A stretch of DNA of 64,000 bases from Lingula anatina (lineage: Eukaryota > Animalia > Brachiopoda): NCBI GenBank assembly GCA_051362555.1, contig CM120640.1, forward strand, positions 9,176,001-9,240,000, given 5' to 3'. Shown here in pieces: positions 41,358-51,800 of the stretch (within the stretch, counting starts at the first letter, position 1; each line of letters opens with the position of its first letter). The notes beneath the pieces were generated by a model. That model made no database searches and was not told where the DNA came from. It saw only the letters and a program-made list of their open reading frames with translations. Both the position numbers and the translations under genes were made by a program.

Positions 41358-42495
41358 CTCCCCTAGCAAAAAAAGTCACCCCTACCACAATTATGTAGGC
41401 TACAATTCTACAAGGTTGCCCATAGCTGTAATTTTCTATTACATAACAACTAGGCAACTGATCGTCATGTAAATCGGAGATGCATGGGGGTAGTAAGCAT
41501 TGACCTACCTAGCGTTATCATTGGAATATTCCAACGCCAATTATCTTTTAAAAATGCGGCTCCTAATTTTTACCAAGCGGTTGTCATATGAGGAAGATTC
41601 GACCCGCCGAATTGCCAGAAGGCTGGGTTGTTCCAAGAGAACCATTCAGAGATCTAGACAACATCATAACCAAACAGGCACGTGGGCAAGATTGCCTGGG
41701 GAAGGCCGAAGGAAACCAGACCCAGCCTTCCTTGTAGAAAACGTTTCATGACATTTAGAAATTGACTGCAGGACAAACCATGTTTCTGAGTTTATCGTCA
41801 GAAGACGTCTGCACAATCGCCGTTTTTTTTCGGTGGGGTTTCTGTTAGGAGACCAGTGATAACTGTCAGGAACCGTTTACGTCAGGAACCGTTTACGTCG
41901 AGGCAGATGATGTACCGGGACTCTGGCATGGACCCAAGCCAATAACTTGGTAATGATAAAGTTTTCAAATTAAAGGCAGTTTTAACACCTCCAAAGCGTT
42001 GTCAGAATTCATGGACGCGTAAAGGTTTGGAGAACAGCTGGTAAGAAATATCTTTCCAATCTTTTTTTTTGCCTCTGGTCGACAGGACGCATCCCACGTA
42101 AGTCATAGTATGGGGTATATTGGCTACTTTGGTGTAAGCTAGGCGAGCTGTCAGTGGTCGACGGGAACCTTATCACAAATCCATGCACCCAAGTACTAGA
42201 AAGGAACCGAAGCGATTCTGATTAGAATAATGAAAAAATGATCTAATACTATCTTTACACCATATATAGAACGCCATTACACCGCAAACGTAGGGACTCC
42301 ACGTACAGACGCATCAGGTGCGTCGTCCAATCTAGAGGATATTGTACAAAATTGTTCTTTGATTTTAGCTTTGGTAAGCTTATTCATTGGTTATACAATC
42401 AGTAAATTTTGTGAAAATATTCCTGTTGAAGTTGAATAAAGAACATTGGTTCATAGTATGATTTTATGAACACTTTACGCACTGCGTTAGTGGGT

Positions 42496-42543
<48 letters not shown>

Positions 42544-42550
42544 AGGGGAG
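41358..42550 (+). mobile_element. Degenerate Tc1/mariner DNA transposon with TIRs
   Basis: Left TIR CTCCCCTAGC-A7-GTCACCC; right TIR GGGTGAC-(long T run)-GCTAGGGGAG followed by TA. Internal transposase relics: HTH RRIARRLGCSKRTIQR..TG, GRVKVWRTAGKKY, and VWG..G..SVVDGNL; broken by frameshifts and stops. Confidence 0.85.
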
Positions 42551-42821
42551 TATGTTTATTTATTTATCTATTTATTCAAAAAATATTTCATGTAGTGTCT
42601 GTACATATTGCATCACTTGTGTCTCTCCGCGTCGCTGGAGCCAGTATCGTGCATTAACCGCATGGGAAGGAATGTTAAGCCTTTCTCTCACAAAGGACAC
42701 ATGTGATATGCCTATAATGCTGGATGAGAATCACTGACACAGCTTTTATAAGCGACCACTGGGGTGCATGCTTATGATCAATTCGCCATCTCCTAGTTTG
42801 TCTGTTGCGACACCTCACAAC

Positions 42822-45800
42822 ATGGCCGAAGGGTTCGATCGCATTATAAACTATATCGGTAAGTAGTTATTTGCAACCAACAATGAGATAGGTATCGCAT
42901 ATGATGACAACTCTACGTAAGAAAAAAAAAAAACCGGGGGGGGGGGGGGAGGGAGGCAAAAGTATTGCACCATTTTGCTCTATAATGAACAACAGCTGGG
43001 TTTGGTATGTTTTTCAATCGTTATTTTATTGAAAACTGGTTAAGTCAAATTAGTATCTTCACTACAGGTTTACAGACCAGTGCTTTGAGGTTACAAAACG
43101 CATGTTATTTTGTAGGGTAGTCACGCGATATCAATTTGGTCACCACCCTTCTGGGCATAGACTTCTGGGGGCTATGTTGGTCAAGGCGCATCAGAAAATG
43201 TTCATTTTTCAACTGTCTCAACAGATTATTTGAATTCAGACTAGTCCCATAGAATTCTGTCTGAATGTTTCTCGCCCTCCTCCGGTCAACACTACAACTT
43301 CACGTAAGAATCTGAAGGAAATTGACATTGATGTCCTTAAAGCAAAACTTAAGTCTGCCTTTAACACCTTCCTATCTGATACCAATGTAATTGGAAACAC
43401 TACTTCAGAAGATGTTGACACTCTTCTGCATTCATATCACAATACCATAACCATCATATTAAACGAACTCGCTCCAGTCAAAACACAAGTTACTCGCAGT
43501 AAGTCAACAGCACCATGGTTTTGCAGTGAACTATCTGAGATGCGACAATCAGTTAGAACATGTGAATGTAAATGACGCAACATTGGTCTAGAAGTCCATC
43601 GTCTAATTCATAAAGAAAAACGCCTAGAGCACTGTCGCCGCGCTGATCAACTGAAATCTGACTACCACAAAAAACGCACAGACAAATCAGATACCAAGAG
43701 TCTTTTTACGATTGTTGAGGAGTTTTAAAAAATCATCACCCACCATTAAACCAACACTATGCTCCGATGAGCAACTTTGTTTTTTGTTCCTGGACAACAA
43801 AATAGAAAAACTTAGAAAATCCTTTGAGAGCGGAATTAACAACTCCATTCTACAAGAAGTTGATCCTCTTACATCGCCGACCTTTTTCAGAGAATTCATC
43901 ACTGCTACTCCCGAACTAATAAAAAAGTTGATAAATGCCTCCAAGCCAGAATCATCAGAACTGGACATCCTCCCAACTAACCTCACAAAGGAATGCATAG
44001 AAGAATTACTACCTTCCATTACAAAGCTTTTCAACACATCCCTTCCAAGCGGCGTAGTCCCTAGAAAGATATATATAATCAGACCACTCATAAAAAAGGC
44101 CACAGGCAATCCAGACTCTAATGACCTGCAGAACTATCGTCCCATCTCAAACCTCTCATTTCTCTCAAAAGTACTGGAGCGCCTGCGCTCTGCACACTCA
44201 TCTACTTTTGCCTAAGTTCAATCGGCTTATAGAGCACATCATAGTTCTGAAATGGCGCATCTTAAGTTGCACAACGATATTGTTCCGGCTCTTAATGATC
44301 AGAAACAAGTGATCTTATAACTACTTGATTTGTCTGCAGCCTTTGACACAATAAACCGGAAGATTTAGTTCAATAGACTGAAATACCAGTAGAGATGGTA
44401 TTGCATTGGCATGGTTCAAGTCATACCTGACTGAGCGTGAACAAACAGTCTCGATAGGCACATACAAGTCACCGTCAACACAACTAGCTTGTGGCGTACC
44501 ACAAGGCTCTGTAGGGGAGACCGGGGCTAGTTGGACCCCGGGGTAAGTTGGACCCCCATCAAGTATCTTTAATAAAGTTACTTTAAGATGCTAAATTATT
44601 TCATTTGGACTCACTGCCGACGTTTTCTTAGCACTATTGGATACGGTCACTTTACAAAGTGATGCGATCAGTTCTTTTACCCCATAGTTACTTTGTCATA
44701 AATTGGGGGGGGGGGGGGGGGGGGGCAACTTACCCCGGGGTCCAACTAGCCCCGGTCTCCCATACTCGGCCCCATCCTGTCCACTCTTTACACGTCACCA
44801 ATTGTGGGCATTGTCTCTAAGGGGCCGTTCAAATGAAAAATCTATTTTCTAAAAATCTATTTGCGGTATCTTGTGATCACGTTCTGTGTCCTGAATACCC
44901 CACGGCGTAATTACGGGCAGCGCGAGCCAGTTTCTTCCAAAGCTGTAATTAATCCTCGGCGCTGCCAGTAATTACGCCGCGGGGTATTCAGGGCACAGAC
45001 CGTGATCACAAGATACCGCGAATAGATTTTTAGATTTTTGGAAAATAGATTTTTCATGTGAACGGAGCCTAAGCACGGTTTTAACCTAATGCTCTATGTA
45101 GATCACTCACAAATTTATATTGTTTGCAACAGGCCATCAGATGTATCCAGAAATGTATAAGTCAGGGACTATTTAAAGCCAATTCACTTGTTTTCAACAA
45201 TGGCAAAACAGAAAAAGTTCACTTTATCTCTCGTTTTTATAAAGATGCAGAAAAATTAGAACTATTACAAATTGGAAACAGCAAGGTCAGGGTAAAATAT
45301 GAGGTTAAAAACCTAGGAGTAATTTTTGATAACAGGGACGATATGGCCGCTAACATCAGTAAAAATGCAGAGCCGCTTTCTATGGTCTTAAAAATCTCCA
45401 AACTATCCCATATCCTTGTCAAAGGTCAAATGGAAATTTGTTGCACTGTTGAAATTCAAGCGTTCTACTTACTTTGAAAATTTGATCATCCCTGATTTTA
45501 TTCTTTAATTAAGACTGAAGACGTTGTAATAAATGCAAAAATCTCCTGTATAAAGCGATTAATTTTTTGCGCAATTTTTAGTTTGTTTGTCACTAAATGT
45601 AAAAAAAAAAAAGAAAAAATGCAGCATGCTGATAGTACAGCAAGCATTAAATGAACTATATTTTATTCGTTATGCAAAAATTAAGTCAGAAAGGTCAAAC
45701 TACACATGCTTAAACAAGAGTAACCTTTTTTCGGACATTTTTTTTCTGGAATACATACGTTGCGTACGTATTAACCATGGCGCAAACCCCCCTGAGGTAC

Positions 45801-48800
45801 TGTTTTAAAAAACTGTATTAAAATATTTTCTGAATCCCCCTGAGGTACTGTTTTAAAAAACTGTATTAAAATATTTTCTGAATCTTGGATTTTGTGTATA
45901 ATTCTGCACTTCAAAGCCAACTATCCTTTATTTCAAGCTTTATATCCATAACATTGTATGTTTGTGAGCAACAAAATGTTTCTTTTGCATGAAAACCTAT
46001 CAATAGTCCTACAGCATAGATACCATTTAGCTGACCAATGTATTATTTTTCAGGTAAAATAGGGCCTAGACAAATCGCAATAGCGTTGATCATAAGGTCA
46101 AGCGAACTAATGAGCGCATGGACAATTCTTATACCTGTTTTCATTGGCGCCAAGCCTAACTGGGTGTGTCCATCCTACGTCAACAGCACGATATATAATG
46201 ATTCAGAGTTCGGAGTGACATCTTCTTGGTATACAGATAACCGTAGCGTGGAGAATACATGTGCAGAAGATAATGAGATTTGTGCAGGAATAGAATATAC
46301 ATCTGCATTCACTTCTGTAGTGACGGAGGTAAAGTAACTCCTTCAACTCATTCTGGTCATGACGAATATTTTTCTGGTGGAGATACACCTGTTAAGTCTG
46401 TTGTTAATGATCATAAGTTTTAACTTTTCACTTTCTACGCAAAACTGAAGCTAAACCTCACTAAGTTTTTGTCGCTGCGTGGCCTTCTTCAATGTGTGTT
46501 ATTATGAGACTGAGCACTATTCACGAATGTCTCCGTAATAGTGCTCTCTCAGTAATAGTGCTCATGACGCAAATGGATTGAGAAGAGGCAAACTGTGTCC
46601 TTTATCTCAATTCGAAACAACTGTATGAATCGATTAAAAAACAGTATATGAAACTTCGTCGTTCCTTATCTTCCTAGTTTCTTTATAGTATACTTGAAAA
46701 ACCAAGGAATGCATGTGACCGTTTTTACTTACGCAACTTAGAAATGCTGGCTAAATGAAAACATCAAAAACATCGAAAACATCAAAGTTATTTGTATTCA
46801 GTTCTTTTTTTACTTACCCCAAAGGCCCAGGAGATGTCGATGTTTTGTTGTATTTTGAGCGATGGTTTTCGAAAAAATATCATGATGTTAATCTGGGTAT
46901 TTTTTTCAACTCTTATTTTTTCTACATGTACCTCTTATTCTTGCTATCTCTTTAATGTAACATCATAGCGATGCTTTTTTCCAAGCAAATTCAAAGGAAT
47001 AAAGAAAATATTTTGTGCATAGTAATCTATAGTTTTTGATTTTCTTCTTCCGCTGCATGTACTAGATATAGACTATATATTTCATTTTCAGAAGTTCATT
47101 ACATTTCAAAAGACACCTTCACTTAGCTTGAAGTATTATTGGCTTTCAAAAAATTGTATTCTTTGTTTAGTTCATACTTACTTACTCCTTGAGCCATGGT
47201 CGGCTCATAAGGCTTGTCAGCGTTCTCCGCCATCTTCCTCCATCTTCTGCTGCTGTGCCGGCTTCACCCCATGTCTGCCACCCAAATGCTTTTCACTAGT
47301 TCATGTTTGCAAACAAATAATTTAGGGTCAATACACGGAGTTAATCCCCTCTTTCACAATTTACAGGTTAGCGCTATTTGGTGTTTATGAGGTTAAAAAA
47401 AGACCAGATGTTGCTTATATAATGTGTTATAGTTGTTAGAATTGAAAGATAATTTACTTTGAATGAATGATAGATATTGTTTTGAAAAAAACGGCATTTC
47501 TTTTCTTTTTAGTGGAATCTAATCTGCAATTTGGAAAATATCAGCACCATAATTACAACCTTACAGATGGCTGGAATCTTCTTCGGAGCACTCTTGTTTG
47601 GTCACCTTTCAGATAAATTTGGAAGAAAAAAAGTGTGGTTTACAATGCTGACTTTAAACTCAATAGTTGGTTTTTGTGGCGCGTTTGCACCAGTGTGGGA
47701 AGTGTACGCCGCCATTCGTTTCTTGAATGGAATGTTTAGTGGAGGTAAGATTTCAATATCTAAAGGTAAGAAAATTTGTGCAAATAGCTTGCTTTCTTTC
47801 AAAATTGCCATAATCTATTTACCTATGTAATATTAGTTTTTGTCCCACAGTACGGTTGTCTTTTTCAGGCTTGATGCTCGTCAATTTTGTCTGGCCCATG
47901 GAGTTTGTGAACGTCAAGTGGAGATTGTACGTCAAAACTTTCAGCTTTTGGTCCCCCGCCAGCTTACTGCTGTCACTGTTGGCATACTTCATCCGTGACT
48001 GGAAAGCACTGCTGATGGTGACAACACCATTTCCAACGGTGTTCTTTTTGTTCTTATGGAAGTAGGTCTGACCTTACCAAAAAGTTACTCAACGTTGCTT
48101 CTCGGTAAACTGAAATGGTGTCCATCAGATAAAGCCTAAAAAGAGGCTGTTGGCACTGTCTGATGTCATACAAGATTGGGAAGGCGTGGGTGTGGTTAAC
48201 GATAACGATTTTGTGCCGGAAATTTCGTCTTAGAAAGCAGTACAAAAGTAGCTCGCAAAACGTGATGAAATCATACTAATTAAAAGAGTGACCTAAACCA
48301 AGCATCGTGCTCGATATGGCCAATCAATTAAATTTTAAGTTAAAATAGCAAAAAGGGAACATGTGGCTAACTTCTGAAAGGGAGTTTAATGGCATGTAGC
48401 GTAATTCCATGGTAGGGCCTGTCAAAGTGAAATGGCTTATGTTTTGGTTTTAGCCATTCAACTTATTCATAATTTGAGAAGACACACCACTGGTCAAAAA
48501 GGTTCTCCCACCGCCGATTCCATATGCTTATAATTACAAATGATCACTGCAAAGGTGAAAATTGTTATAAATAGTGTTTTTTAATCCAGATAAATGTACC
48601 ATATCTAACACGATTAATGGTACAGAATACAAAATGGCGGTGAAGATATCCATATAATCGAATATGTCACATGTACCGCATGGAATTAGAGGTGGGGCAA
48701 CATTTTTGACCAAGAGTGTATGATGCCATTTTATATTTTGCTAAGTTACAGAAAAGTAATATTACCTTTTCACAGATTTATGCCAGAGAGTCCTCGCTGG

Positions 48801-51800
48801 CTGCTTATGCATGACAGAATTGAAGAAGCAGAAAAGATTTTGAGATCCATTGCAATCGGGAACAAAAAAACGCCACTAGATTTTGATACACTGATGAACT
48901 TTGTTGAGGTATTTGAAAATATGTCAATTAAGATTAACTAATTATAATCACATAACAACAAGGCTTAGTCAAAAATGTTTTGAATTAAATACTTACCAGT
49001 TGATGGATAATGATAATTTTACTAGTATTGAGATGATTTTCATCTGCCGTTTTGTGACGTAATGAGTTTTGATTATGGGTAAATATGAGTTTGTACAACG
49101 AAATTCATAGATTTTTTTTTCATCAAAGCACTTTGATCGTGGATGATGTGGATGGTGAATTAAGTCGTTAAGTATCTTGTTGTAAATTTATTTTTTCATT
49201 TAAAAACTAAATTATTTTTGTAGGAGCAAAAGACAAAGGCTGCAACGGTAAAACACTACGCCATCTGGGACTTGTTTAGGACACCCCAGCTGACCAAATA
49301 TACTTTGGTTCTCATGTTCAACTGGTGAGTTGTTGTTGTTTGATAAAAGTTATTTTATTCGTAAAATATACAGAAATTATTGTCACATATTAATTGGAAT
49401 TATGTAATCGTTGTGATAGGCCCTAATGAGCTTAGAAAACAATATGACAGTAGAAAAATACATGAAACTGCCATAAATTTGCCCTTAAACTCCTTTGTAT
49501 GACTATAGGTTTGTGTGGTCTTTGACATTCTATGGACTATCGCTCAATGTGAAGCAGTTACCCGGAGATGTGTATGTCAACTTTGCTCTTTTGTCAGCGC
49601 TTGAGTTAGTGTCTCACGTGTTTGTCTTATTCACCGGTAACAGGTAAGTCTTTTTTCGTCCCCTTTTTATGCTGTAAATTAAACACAACGTTTAGAGACA
49701 TGCACCGGTGCTTGTTAGTCGTTATAGCCTAATGCACACCGTGGTAAATGGACGTCTCTCTTTTTTTCCCCTTGACATCTGGGATTATTTAAATATTTTG
49801 TTTATTTGTTATGGTGTTGAGTGATAGCAAATAATACGTAGACACCAAGTTGTAGAGCAATGTTTGTATCTAGAGCCTAGTTTATTTTTCTGTTTTCTTC
49901 AAATAGGCCAAAATATTGAGAATCTCTGTTCATACTAGGGGAGATAGTCGTCATTAAATGCTAGTTTATACTAGTCGAGAGAGTCGTAATTACATTCTGG
50001 TTAAAGAAATGAATAGACTGGAAATTGTGTCACATGGTTTCACGAGGATATAAACATCTAAATTAAGAAAAGTCAACGGGTATGGGCTTTCAGCGGGAGT
50101 TTGGAAACTCATCAAACATTTAGACAATGACAACTCAGTTTGATAGCTTAACATGCATGCTTCCCCCCCCCCCCCCCCCCCCCGTGGCTTGTGACGTCAC
50201 CCAACCATGTACTGGTAGCTCATTAACTTCCAGACCTCATTAACTTCCAGCAAAAGGACGCATTTGTAAAGCTCGATATTTACAAAATGAACTTTGAATT
50301 TGTATATTTTGATAAAAATAATTTATTGAGCATGTTTTCTGCAAGATATGCTCCGTTCAAGCCATTCGGATGGTCTCTCCGAAACCCTTTAGGTTGGGGG
50401 GGGGGGGGGGGAGTCAGAGGTTGGAAATTATTAGAGTGGTGGTTTCCAAGGTTGAAGCGCAAAAATGCCGCTAGAGGCCACCAAGTGTTCACTTGAGCTT
50501 GTCTGGTGGATTAATACGATGAGGTTATGTTGTTGCAGCACGTCAATTAAAACGGATTTTAGCGAAACATTTTTCAACGATTACTCTCGTGTATGCTGTC
50601 AGAGAAGAGTAATGCGCTTACTATTTAAAAATTAGAGCAGTTTTTAGCTTTAGTTGATATCAGTGTGCCGCTGTATGTTATCACCACAGCAGTGGTGTTT
50701 TTCTACCGTAAATTCTCTTATATTCGGAGACCAATCTGAAGCTTCTATCTCATGTAGTAACTACTTGTATTTCGTTTAGAATTGGCCGCCGGAAGCTAAT
50801 GGTCGGATCAATGCTGACCTGCGGGCTGGCTTTGTTCTCTGTTCTTTTCATTGGTTTAGCGGGTAGGTAAAAGGGAATGTACAGGTATGAGGGTAGATAT
50901 TGCTAAATACTTATGATTAACAAAACCACGTCTCCTACAGGCACACAAATATGGATTTATCTACAGACTTGACATTTAATATGGAATATATTTTCCAAAT
51001 CATAATTCATCAGTTTTTTCCTATTTTGCTGAATTCTACCTACAAACGGTCATGGTCCCTAATTCATCAGAGAAACAGACGACGCTATTTTGCTGTTTGC
51101 AATGGCATCCTCAGAGGTCGTCTTCTATCCTAACCTGCTGAAACCAGTCTGGTGTTCGCTAAGAGCCTTGAAAACGCGTTCTGGTTGTCATTTGCCCCTC
51201 ATTCTGAACGGACTGGGTGGTTTTTGGTTAGTCGCAGCAGCATATCCGGAAGGACAGTGAGTCCTGTACCCTGTTGGTAAGATTTCGACACATAGGGTGT
51301 GGCCTCTGTGTAGGTACATTAGTCTGGGCATAACTCCATAAAACGGTGCGGACCGTTCCGTGTGACACAATAATCTGTTTGGAAATGTCTGTATTTTTCG
51401 CGCCATTCTGGCACAGATTAACAATTTTGTTAAACATTGCTTAACTCAAGAATGAAGTAATTTTTCTTCACTCAACAGCTAATATTGAGATAGTTTTTAC
51501 CTCCAATATTTCGATGTCTAACAGAACGTCTTCATCAGGGAATGAGGCTATCCAGTTGAATAGCCTCTATTCAGGAGATCTATTGGAGGTAAAAACTCAA
51601 TATTAGCTGTTGACTAAAAAAATTACTTCATTCTTATTACATAACACAACTGATTAAATTCTACTCTGACTGCTTAACTCATTTTACGCACTGCAAAACC
51701 GGCTGCTTGCATGCAAAATTTCAAATTCTTTTATGCAGTTGTTGCCGACATATGGATACTGTTTTGACAGAACCATGCTTCACCAAAGCCCAGCTTTGAC

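Larger units (their letters stand above)
43120..45440 (+). mobile_element. Decayed L2/CR1-clade LINE ORF2 in the first coding intron of SLC22 copy 1, interrupted by two MITEs
   Basis: [75 protein letters not shown], degenerate YVDHSQIY (YADD), VKNLGVIFD; many stops and frameshifts. Ends approximate. Confidence 0.9.

Noticed and set aside
45788-45883. Direct repeats as a CRISPR-like array (also the 34235-34365 repeats)
   Set aside because: Animal genomic context with no spacers and no cas genes; these are a tandem duplication and MITE subterminal repeats.
50090-50700. CpG-rich intronic segment with poly-C/poly-G runs, a short tandem duplication and a weak CTCF-like motif
   Set aside because: Probably a repeat, but I could not define termini, a TSD or coding motifs.
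51000-51075. Two additional minus-strand CTGATGA heptamers
   Set aside because: No closing stems or properly spaced GAAA, so they are not hammerheads.
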